A DNA stretch of 64,000 bases from Vicugna vicugna (Eukaryota): contig MU057887.1 in NCBI GenBank assembly GCA_013265495.1, positions 1,811,985 to 1,875,984 of the forward strand, given 5' to 3'. Every line of letters starts with the position of its first letter. Within the stretch, counting starts at the first letter, position 1. Both the position numbers and the translations under genes were made by a program. Below are positions 10,643 through 21,417 of the stretch, piece by piece. Under the pieces are notes generated by a model, which searched no databases, was not told the DNA's origin, and saw only the letters and a program-made list of their open reading frames with translations.

Positions 10643-10999
10643 AAACAATGAAGATTAAAAACTTCCAGCGCACCAGGGCCAGGATGTTGACCGTTACTCT
10701 GTTTCCTGCAAGTTTGAAGTATGGCCTCTAACCAGGTAAAGGGGCTGTGGGGTCTCTTCTCACAAGTGGGTGTGAGTCTGCAGTTACACAAAATGAGAAG
10801 TTTAAGGAAAAAACAACAGCGTGGCCCCTGTTCCCCTGTACCGTTAGTGTATGTGCAGTGACGTTTGTGCAGGGGGCCACGTTGTGTGACGCCCACCGAG
10901 CCTGAGCCTTCAGCTGGTGGTGACTCGCCAGTAGGCTGATGGGAGAGGCAGCAGGTGGCAGAGCAGTGAGGTCAGTGCTGTAGCAGGTGGAAAGCAGGG

Positions 11000-11620
11000 C
11001 CACTCAGTGAGAACACACACAGGGGTGTTCGGTGCTCTAGCAAACAACACAGGCTCTTACCTGCTGGCCGGGAGTCATCCAAAAGGCAAGTTGGAGAAGA
11101 CACAAGATGCCGTAGCCACGGGCCTGTTCACTGCCGCGTTGTTTGTGACGGCGTCAGAAGCCCCCTGGATGTCCAGCAGCTCAGGGCTGGTTGAACAATC
11201 AGACGCACCCACGGGATGGTGCGTCACGCGGGGCGCGGAGGGGGCAGGTGCTCTCTAGGAGTGGCTGGTGGGCTCTGGGTGGCGCTGCGTCCTGGGAGGA
11301 GAAGGCGCAGACCGCGTGCGTGGGGTCCCGTCACTACTCGGTCGGTCGGTCGGTTGGTGGGAGAGCACAAGCAGACGCATGGACACACAGACAGACACGC
11401 CTTTCCTGAGCACACGTGAATTTCTTTATATTCCAAACAAAGCAAAATGTCAGTGAAAGCGTGAGCCAGAGCCTGGTGCAAAAGCTGTGGCCTTTGTGGA
11501 GGGCCGGGCAGGGCGCGGGGCATGGGTGCAGCCTGACTTCCCCAAGTGCACCTTGTTTGGATTGCTTATTTTTTAAACTGTGGAATCATGCATTTCCTAA
11601 CTGTAAAACCAAACTAAACC
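11000..11620 (+). mobile_element. Old L1ME-like 3' UTR fragment
   Basis: ctgttcactgccgcgttgtttgtgacggcg...ccccctggatgtccagcagc...gctggttgaacaatc resembles the L1 3' region, GC-shifted. Confidence 0.55.
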
Positions 11621-11849
11621 TGAATAGGAAAGCAGGCCTTGAAAAGCTAGAATGAAATTGAAACTTAAAAAATGAACCTAACAGTGTACAAGTTGGTGGC
11701 TTAATCACAGAGAAGAATGACTTCAAATAGACTCTCCAGCAGTTTGAATGTACAGCCCCGGAAGGGCACATCTCAAGCACAGAATGAATTGCCAGAGTGT
11801 TTAAGCCCCTCTCAGTAATCAGATTGTTGGTGATCATATTAGTGCTGTC

Positions 11850-12900
11850 TTGAAACTGCTATTTATATACACACATTACACGTGAAGGCATACATTAGGA
11901 TAAAGCAAATAAGTCATTATGATAATGTTATAGGAGCTAAGATTTGTAACATAAAAGAGAATCAAGCATAAAGTCAAAGAAGTAAAAACGCTGTAATCTT
12001 AGATATGAATTAAGACTCCATAGAACTGGTGATGTATTCTTTTTAAGAAAAATAAAATATCTTCTACTTCCCACCACTGAGAACTATCGGGACCAGGGAT
12101 GAACCCGGTGGAGACAGGCGGCTCTGTGGGGCCTCTGTCCCCCCCCCCACCTCCCTTGAGAAGGAGCCCGGCCCCTCAGAGAAGCGCCCTCTCCTGTCGG
12201 GGCAGGAGGGCTGGTTCCCGGGCCTCCGGTCAGAGCCTCTCAGAGACGACCGGCCCCGGCTGGCCAGAGACGGGAACCTGAGCACCAGGGGGAGTTACGC
12301 CGCCGGCGGATTAAAACGTGCCGAGTATGTCCAAGTCAGAATTCATGACGGTTTTTACATTAAACTCTCACAGGCTTGCAAGTGTCGTGCTTTTCGGGGA
12401 ACCAGGTCGTTTTTGAGGAAAAGTTATTCCTTACAGGAAAAATGCAGATAGCAATGCAGAGAATGAAAGAACGTGTTGTCACCCCAGTGAAAAAGCGGGT
12501 TAGGGGTGCTCACCCATGGTTCTGAAGACCTTGCGAGGTGGCTCGCAGGGAACGCCACGCAGAGGGACTCCACCGGCAGCACCTGGACCCGCTCATCAGC
12601 GCAGCGTCACAGAGGGAGAGACCCGAGACCCGCGAAGCACACAGGGCGCGCGTCCCCGTCAGTTCCGGCGAAACGAAACTGCACCCGTCACCGGTCCAGC
12701 TTACAGGAAACCCCGGCAGAGGGGACACGAGCCCTGCTCAGCAGCAGAACCAGAGCTGAAACGCCCCTGGGACAGGACAGAAACGGGAGGGAGGGGACCA
12801 GAGATTTAGAGGCGGGAGAGGCTGGGGAGTGCGCTTCTCCGGAGTCTCCGTCAGGGGACACTTGATTCGGACACTAGAGAGGGAGGAGCGCTCCCTGCCT
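11850..12900 (+). mobile_element. L1MC/L1MD-like extended 3' UTR fragment
   Basis: gaggaaaagttattccttacaggaaaaatgcagatagcaatgcagagaatgaaagaac and flanks resemble L1MC3/4 3' sequence; boundaries approximate. Confidence 0.5.
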
Positions 12901-14443
12901 GGGGTTCTTGTTACAAAAGACGGAGTCACAGAAGACGGGCGCACAGATGGATGTGATACAAGCCGCCGAGCGACACGGGGCCTTAGGGGAAGTGAGGGCC
13001 CAGAGGGACGGTCAGACCGGAGGGTCACGTGCTGGGTTGGAGGTGGGGGCAGGAGGTGCGTCTGTGAGCTGGGTCCCAGCAAGGCCTGGGGTCCACCTTC
13101 CTCTCCTTGTCCGTCGTCATCGGAGATATAGACGCTCCTTTGTTCCAGGGAGGGAGCGACCACTCTCCCGGAGGGTTGGTGATCTGCTTCAGGGGACAGG
13201 CACACCGCCCTCCCAGCACCTGTCATTTCCCAAACTCCTTCAGCATGACACGTTCAGGTGACGTGTCCTGAGCCCCGTCGGAGACCTGCTTCGCCACCGT
13301 CAGGAGTTACTGTCACGTTTTTAGACGTGGCATGGTCTTGTCAGGTCCTCAGCTCTGAGGGAGACTGTCATGGATGACCTGTGATGCCAGGGAGGCCCTT
13401 GGAATATTCTGGCAGCATGTGGGCGGCGTGGGGATTGGTTAATGGCTGAAACAGGGTGGCCGCGTGATCCTTGTGGGGCCGGAGGGACAGGTACCTGGGC
13501 TGCTTTATTCTGTGCTTTCTAGTTTGCGGAAATTTTGAAAAGGGCTGTGGACGGAAAATTGGCTTGTTCACCGAGAGCTGCCGCTCCCTCCCTCCCTGAC
13601 CTTTCTGCCCTTTCGGCTAAGTTCAGTCTGCAGAGAGGACTGAAGCTTTGAGTAGTTCACTGGTGTGATGTCATTTCTTGCTTCAAAGGAAAAATAGTCA
13701 GGACCCACAGCAGGGTCTTTTTCCTTTTAATTTGCCAGGAGCGTCCTTGACAAACTAAACAACGGTGGAGACGGTCAGGTTGGACAGGGTAGAAACACGC
13801 CTGTCAGGTGGTGCCCAGAGACCAGACGCTGACACGTGGTCTCGAAGATGCCGGCCATCAGGGACATGGTGTGTAGACGTGGGAAATGGGAGGGCCTGTC
13901 ACAAGGGCAGCTGGGGCCAGTGCCAGTTAGTGCTGACCCTGGCCCCCACGGTCCCTGGGAGCCTATATAGTTCATGGAGTTTTGACCGAGCAGCATTAAA
14001 AGGATGTCTTTGATTTCATCCATGAAGGAGACAGGCATTTGCAGGCAGCACACTTGCGATGGGAACTGGTGGTGCGGACCCCACTCCCCCGGGGTCTCCC
14101 GGAGGTGGCGGCAGCCCGTGCGCCGGCGGGCTGAGGGGCACAGGGTCTGCTCTGCCTGCCTGTGCTGGGGGACTCTGCGTCTGTCCTGAGGCCCCGGGCG
14201 GATGTATTTAAATCAAAGCCATTGTTTGACTCTTAACTGGGCTTTGCTGATGGATCTTGTCCTCCTTTATGACTCTGTGAGCCTTAGGCGTTTGCGACTC
14301 CTCAGGGACTGTTGTTTTTTTGTTGTTGTTGATTAATTGAATATGTAAGCCAATTTTTTGGCATTTAAAAGGACCGAGGAACGCAGCCCTGAAAGAACGC
14401 CTTTCGGAATTAAAGCTGGATCGTCGTCTGGGTGGTCATCAAC

Positions 14444-14888
14444 TGTGATGGTCAGTTTTGTGTCAGCCCGGCTGGGCCACGATACCCAGATATTTGTTCA
14501 AATGTTATTCTGGATGTTTCTGTGAAGGTATTCTTGGATGAGATTAACATTTAAGTTGGTGGCCTTTGCATAAAGCAAACTGCCCTCCGTAACATGGGTG
14601 GGCCTGTCTAATCAGTTGAAGGCCCGAATAAAACAAAGGCCAACCTCCCCTGAGCAAGAAGCAATTCTGCTTCCAGAAGGCCTTTGCCCTTCAACTGCAA
14701 CATCAGCTCTTCCCTGGGTCTCCAGCCTGCTGGGCTTCCCCAGCAGATGTTGGACTCTCCAGGCCTCTACAGTCTGCCTTTATAGACGTGTCTGTCTGTC
14801 TATCTCTCTCTCTGGATGTGTGTGCTGTGCTGTCCCGACACACACATATCCTCTTGGTCTTGTTTCTCCAGAGATCTCTGATACGTCA
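14444..14888 (+). mobile_element. MLT2-type (ERVL) solo LTR
   Basis: Starts TGTGATGGTcagttttgtgtcag...gatgagattaacatttaa...gtgggcctgtctaatcagttgaaggcc, ends ...CA. 5-bp TSD tcaac at 14439-14443 and 14889-14893. Confidence 0.92.
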
Positions 14889-16319
14889 TCAACCAAGGAA
14901 TCAACATTTATTAGGAATTTTAAAATATTTCAGTGTTCTGTGTTGTTTTGTGTCTTTTCCAGCTTTAAAATGTTCATTTCAGTTGGGAATGATTCGTCCT
15001 TTAGAGGAACAGCCACAGCCCCAGGCCTGGGGGCAGACTGTGGGTCCCCATCCTCCCCAGCCTGCAGAGAGGAGTGTCCCACCAGGGACTCCCGGACTGA
15101 ACTCAGATGGCCATGACCTCTGTCTTTCAGCCACGTGGAGTGTTCTCAGACACGGACAGACACGTGCCAGCAAGTGTCTGTCCAGCATGAGCTGGTAGCG
15201 ATTGGCGTGGAGATAATGGATCAGTTGCTCCGAGGCCGGCTGGATGAGCACCAGGCTCATTTATGCGTCAGGCTTCGGCTGCATAATGAAATGTGATTTA
15301 CAGTTCCATTCCGAGCCCCTGCCCCAACCACGGGCGTGTTGGTGTGAATTTTAAAATGGCCGTGCTCTGCATTCCTGGGAGGTAATTGTGTAATGCACCG
15401 GCCTGGTGATGAATATTTCAAAGGAAATCATAGCAAAGGTTTTGCTTGCACAGCTGAAGTTGGTGCACTCAAGTCTGCACAGAGAATGGGAAGCAATTCC
15501 TGTCATTTGAATGGCCTCAGAAATACATCTACATAAATACGTGTACATAGGAAAATCTCCTGGGCCAGAAGGCCGTTGGGTTTTATTTCAGTGCCCAAAA
15601 TTATAAGGAAGGTTTAATGAGGCAATTAAAGGTGAAAAATGGTTCCTTCTATCACAATTTCTCTGTTATAAAAAATAGAAGGAAAACTGTTTCTTTGCCT
15701 GATTTCCTACATTTTAAAAAGTGTATGTCGTGCGTAAGTCATTTGCATTTAGTTAATCGTGTAGAGTCGTTTTGAACTTCCACTTTGTCATTTTATAAGC
15801 GAAAACTAGGCCCGCTGCAGAACCTGACACGCAGTTTGAAGAAAACGCGTAATGTTAGGAGGCGTCTGGATTTATCTTCTGCTTCCAGCGGTAACGGGAG
15901 GGGACGGGCAGGGTGGCCCCAGGGACAGCTCTTCTGCGTTGTGTTCTCGTCCTTTGAGCTTCTCTCAAAAATCAAGGCTTCTTCGTAAAACTGCAGACAT
16001 GCCAACAGCCCCCCTTGCTAAAGGACTGGGGAAAGGGCCTTGGAAGGAAGGTCAAGGGGAAGACGAGTGGTTGGGGGCCGCCCCACACCTATGCCTGTGG
16101 CCCTGGGGAGCGACCTGAGCAGGGGTCACCCAGGGTGGTGGGAGTCAGAGTCCAAGGACCGGGGTGCCGGAGGCCTTAGAGCCAGTGGCAGCAAGGGGAC
16201 AGGGGCCCGACAGGTTCCCTGGGCTGGGCGGAGGCCACAGGGCTGAGTGGTCCCTCTGCAGTCAGGTCTCTTGGTGACCCTTGAGAAGGCCATTTCAAAT
16301 GAGTCCTCTTTTTCTTTTC

Positions 16320-16900
16320 TTTTAATTATGCAAAGTCTTAAGTACACAGCAAAGTGTGGACAGTCAGAACGCTTGCGTGCTCACCATACCCAGGCTCGTC
16401 GCATCTGAAGGTTCTTTTTTCCTTTTTGTTTCAGATTCTTTATTATTTAAAAATTGAATTTGACATTATCATGGAAGCTTCCTTCCTTCTTTTCAGAAGT
16501 AACCGCGACCTTGAGCTTGGTTTTTACAGTGTCTAAACGTGCTTTCGTATTTTCACCCCGTACATACATCAGTGAACAGTATGTGTGACCCTGATGACTG
16601 TTCTGAAACTTCTCATAAACGCACCGCACTTGCATATTCTTCTGCAGCCTGCCTCTTTGTTCAGCGTTACAGTTGTAGCTGTATTTCATCTGTTTTCACC
16701 CTTTATAGTTCTAGACTGTGTGAGCAGGCGGACCCGTGTCCGGTCTCCTGGTGCAGGGCACTGAGCTGTCCCAGGATTCTGACGAGCAGCGCTCCCTCCG
16801 ACACTGGGGCACGTCTCCTTATACTCTGCTGTGGGAGATGCTCTGTTCGGGGGAGAAATGTCCTGGTCCCAGGATGCCAACATCTAGATACTACCATGTC
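16320..16900 (-). mobile_element. Old L1ME-like 3' UTR fragments
   Basis: tttaattatgcaaagtcttaagtacacagcaaag and cttgcatattcttctgcagcctgcc match reverse-strand L1M 3' ends. Confidence 0.6.
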
Positions 16901-19118
16901 TCCAAAGCTCCATGTCTCGAGGGGGTGGGGAGCAGGTGCGGCTCATCGGCGCGACCTGGCCGTCCTGGGAGCCCCCCGTTACCCATCACCTTTACTGACG
17001 GGGGTGATGCGGCCGTGGTGACAGGATGTCTGTGCAGACAGCTGTGCCCTGAGTTCAGGCTGGGACTTCCTGTGAGAACAAGGCAGGTGGTTCTAAGAAA
17101 GCACATCCCCAGGGTGAGCACCCCTCTGACCACAGTGGGAGAAGCCCTGGGCACCTGGAGGCGCAGGTGCTGGCCCTGGACTTGTCGGGCCGGGGCCCCG
17201 GTACCAAAACCCTGTGCCGGAGGCTTCCTGAAGCTTCCTTCCTCGGTCCCATCCCAGACGGTGGGCTGCTCCAGGGCAGACCGCTGCTCCTTCCGGTCCC
17301 TCACACAGGATGACGACGCCAAGGTCGCTGCAGAGAGGGGAGCTCCACCCTGGGAAGCCAGGAATCCTCGCCTTGCTCTGCACTGGGCGGGGTGTTAAGA
17401 TGCGGACAGACCCCAGCCCCTGGGGGCTTAGACGGCAGCTGGGAGCAAAGCCATTGAGAGGGCGGCCCAGCTAAGGCCCCCATGCGCTCGTTTCCAGACG
17501 GCAGGTGTTGTGGGGAGGGGCTGGGGGGCTTGCGGGGAGGCTGGGCCCCGGGCTGCAGGAGTGGGGCTCAGGTTGGGGGGACATCGGAGCTGACAGCTGA
17601 CGGCTGTGTGATCAGGGCCAGGGCAGCCGGAATGTCCCTGCCCTAGGCGGTTGTGGGTGGGGTCAGAACGACCGGGAAGCCAGGCCCGAGGCAGGACTCC
17701 CCCCCCTCCCCGCTGCCCCTCCCTGGCTCCCTGGGGCTCCTGTGTCCTGCCCAGCCCCGTGCCTGCTCTGCCGGGCGCCCCCAGGCAGAGGGCCTGCTTT
17801 CAGGCTACCGCTGAGGGCTCTTTCCGGCCCTCTGGGCGCCTTTCCCTCCCAAGGAGTTTGGAGCCTGGGAAGACTGGAGATAAGGATGTGAAGCTGGGCT
17901 CCGTGCAGCGGCCAGAGGCCTGGCCTGGGAGTCACCCCTCCCCAGAGCCGCTCTGAAGGGGCCCCGGCTCGGTGCTGCCAGCGGGTCGGCCCTGTGGTCA
18001 TCCGGCAGCACTCCCGCCCGGGCGCTCCCCGAAGTCTCATCCTCGTCCCTTAGGGAGCTGTGCGTGCTGGGCCGACTCCCTCTGGGCTTCTTTGGGAACG
18101 GCTGGTGGACTGGGCTGACTCGGCACCTGTCAGGGAGGCTCTGATTGAACGTCCCCAGTCCCGAAGGTGACAGAGACCCCTCTATGCTGAGTGGTACCTG
18201 GGACGTGTGGGCATCACTCCTGAGACCCAGCCCCCCGATCAGCCCCGGGCAGCCAGGGATGGTATTTATTGTCCAGGTGAAGCCTCATTGGCACAGAAGC
18301 CCATTTTCCATTATGATAGGGAATTTTTATTTATTAAATTGCTATTTTAATATAATTTACCAAGTCATTGAAGACAAATAATCCACTAAGCGAAGCCGTA
18401 AAACTCCATTTTCCCCGAATGCTGCGTCCCTATGACCGTGTGGCTTCTAGTACATTCTGCTCCCCAGCCGGGGACACCTGCGGGAGGCAGAGCTCACAGC
18501 CCAGTCTCCTGGATTCTGAGTGAGGGTGACCTCTGCACTCTGGTTAGATTAAAAGCTGTCGAGCAGACTAAGAGGCCCCTCTGTCACAAAAGCCACAGAA
18601 CACCCCGGAGGGTGCTGGCGTATTTTTTAAAAACGTAACCGTGAAGGAAGAGAGACAGCTGTAGACCAGAAATGTCCAGAAAATGTAAATCGAGAGAAAT
18701 AAGGGGGGACATGAGGGCGAGCACCCCCCACCCGGGGCGCCTGCCAGTTAACGTCCGGGGCCTTCTGCCTGGTTTTAATGCGCCTCAGGCGGGAGAGGAG
18801 CCTGGAGCCCGGCCAGGGGCTGAGCAGGTGTCAGTGTCACCTGTCTCGGCCTTGGCCGTGGGGGTTAAGAAGGAAGGGAGGAAAACACCTCCTCCAGGAT
18901 GTCCAGCCACAGGCCTGCAGGCATGTGGGTTTGAGTCCCAGTTCACGTTTTTCACTTGTCCTAAAAAATTCCAAGCTGGAAACTTAGTTGAAAATCATCT
19001 TGGCATAAAGTGCTCTAGGTACTGGCAGAAACCAATACAAAAAAATTTTTTTCCCCAAAGAAAACCGTTTTTGATACATGCCTCAAAGAATTCCAACAGA
19101 TTAAAGTTCCGAGGAACA

Positions 19119-19542
19119 CGCCAATGAAAAATTAATTGATAGTCGATCTAAGAAAGAAATGGGGAGTTTTATTTGAGCCAACCTGCGGATGACAACCTGG
19201 GAGACAGGCTTTCAGAAAGCTCTGAGGACCGTTCCTCCCGCGAGAAATTAAACAGAGAAGGACTTGCACAGCAGATGACATGCTGACAGTTTACGCAGCC
19301 CATGTCGCACGTACAAGCTGAGCAGCGGGTCATCGTGGCCCCTGCAGGACTGAGAAAGGAGTGTCTCCTAAGGAGGTGCCTCGTTGGCGCCGGGGGAGAC
19401 TGCTCTGTGAGCCTGAGCGGGCTCCCCTGTGTCTTCTAAGGCCTGGCTGGTGTGCGCTGTAGACGCACAGCGCAGGTGGGCAGAGGGAATTTTATGTTTG
19501 AATTTTTTTTTGTCCTGCCTTAAAAATAATTTCATTCCATCA
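19119..19542 (-). mobile_element. ERV1-class solo LTR (424 bp), antisense to TBC1D22A
   Basis: The minus strand begins TGATGGAATG and has AATAAA about 50 nt from its 3' end (TTTATT at 19168-19173). A 4-bp TSD AACA lies at 19115-19118 and 19543-19546; the terminal CA appears mutated to CG. Confidence 0.8.
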
Positions 19543-19648
19543 AACATAAGTTCCAAGAGGGGGAAGATCACTAATGTACAAGGAAGGAAGCAGATCACTG
19601 AGAGTGAGACTCCGCAGAGAAGTCCAGCTGCAGGAACAGATCTCCAGA

Positions 19649-20147
19649 TTTTATTTTATTTTTTTAAATTTTTATTTTTTTGTTGTAGTATGGTCAGCGT
19701 ACAGTGTTGTGCCAGCGTCTGGTGCACAGCACAGTGCTTCGGTTGTACGTGAGCACACATACGTTCCTTTTTCATTATAGTTTATTACAAGGTATTGAAT
19801 GCAATTCCCTGTGCTACACAGAAAAAACTTGTTTATTTATTTTATATGTATCAGTTAGTATCTGCAAATCTTGAACTCCCAATTTACCCCTTCCCACCCC
19901 GTTCACTGCCCCGTAACTGTAAGTTTGTTTTCTCTGTGAGTCTAATTGTTTTGTAAATAAGTTCATTTGTGTCATTTTTTTTAAGAGTCCACATATGAGC
20001 GATCTCATATGGTATTTTTCTCTTTCTGGCTTCACTTAAAATGATGATCTCTAGGTCCATCCGTGTTGCTGCAAATGGCATTATTTATTCTTTTTTACGG
20101 CTGAGTGGTGTTCCACGGCATAAATATACCGCAGCTTCTTTACCCAG
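19649..20147 (-). mobile_element. Younger (camelid/artiodactyl) L1 3' end, 5'-truncated
   Basis: Poly-T tail, 3' UTR, and the ORF2 C-terminal peptide MPFAATRMDLEIIILSE on the minus strand. Confidence 0.93.
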
Positions 20148-21321
20148 AAAGACTAGAGATTTTAGAGTCGTGAGATGTGCTGGAAGACGTGTTACATGTT
20201 TAAAATGATAAAGAAGAACATGCTGAATAAAAAAGAAGGAGGGAAGGGAAACTCAGGAAGTGGGACACAGTGCAAGAGGTGACTAGTGAGCCGGTAGAGC
20301 GCTTGGCCTAGTCCAGGCCTGTCCGTGACGGCTAGAGGCACCCTTTGGAAGCCCGGGTCTTTCCTCTGCTCAGAGCTTCTAGTGTCACGGGAACAAACCA
20401 GCGACCAGCAAGGCCCTGAGAGTCTCCACCTCCCCCTCCACCCGCGGCCCCTGCTGGGCCCACCGCACTTCTGGACGCACCCACCAGGCACTGTCCAACT
20501 TCAGGGTCTTTGCGTTTGTCCCCCAGATACCTAGCAGTGTCCCCTCTCTGGGTCTTCGTTTAAGTGTCCCCTTAGGTGGCTGACCGCCGTATTTAAATTG
20601 CAAACCACCCCCTCCTGAGTGCCCCCAGCATTTCCCATCTGCCTTCCTCACCTTATTTTTCCCTGGGGCATGACATCCTCTTACACGGCATCTGTTTTAT
20701 ATTTTTACCTACTAAACTGTTGCCACTGGTTGTACAGGTGTGGCACAGACGAGAGCGGTCTCAGTGTGGGTGGTGTGCGCTTGAACTTGGGCAGCTGCCA
20801 TGGAGGTGCAGGGGCTCCTGAAGTCAGGGGACGTGAGCCCCGGGAGGGCGAGCGGAACCCACTGGTGATCTGTGCCCGAGGAGGCGGGCAGGGACACGCA
20901 GCATCTTGTTCCCCCGGCCGCTTCAGGGTCGGCAGCGTCTCCTGGTGCCCAGGACCACATGGGCTGGACCCAGACTGGGCGTCTGCCCTGCTTGGCCCCT
21001 TTCCTCCCGCTCGGGGGCGGGTGACTCAGCCTCCGTGGCCTCTCTGGGAAAGTGCCCCCACCATGGGGCAGCGTAGGATGGCGCCCCTTGGGTTCGGCTT
21101 CTATCGCCGCTGCTCGCACCCGGGCAGGAGAAGCAGGTGGACAGCAGGTGTGCCGTGCACGCTCCACGTGTCATGCTGCCGGACTTAGAGAGAAGCTCGT
21201 GCTTACTGCCATGATCCGAGGACTTGAAAGGAAGGCCCTGGGTGGGAGCCGGCCGCTCGGTGCTCCCGGAGCCCCGCCTGGCCGGCCGCGCTCTCACTCT
21301 CCGTCGTGTTCTCTCTTGCAG

Positions 21322-21417
21322 TCGGAACCCGAGGGCTTCGCGCATTTCCACTTGTACGTCTGCGCTGCTTTCCTCGTGAGATGGAGGAAGGAAATTCTGG
21401 AAGAAAGAGATTTTCAA
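21322..21417 (+). CDS. TBC1D22A: TBC1 domain family member 22A, penultimate coding exon (96 nt, phase 0/0)
   Basis: Polypyrimidine tract and acceptor (ttctctcttgcAG) precede it; donor caa|GTAAGT follows. Translates SEPEGFAHFHLYVCAAFLVRWRKEILEERDFQ, the C-terminal TBC-domain segment of TBC1D22 proteins; 'LVRWRKEILEE' fits the A paralog. Confidence 0.96.
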
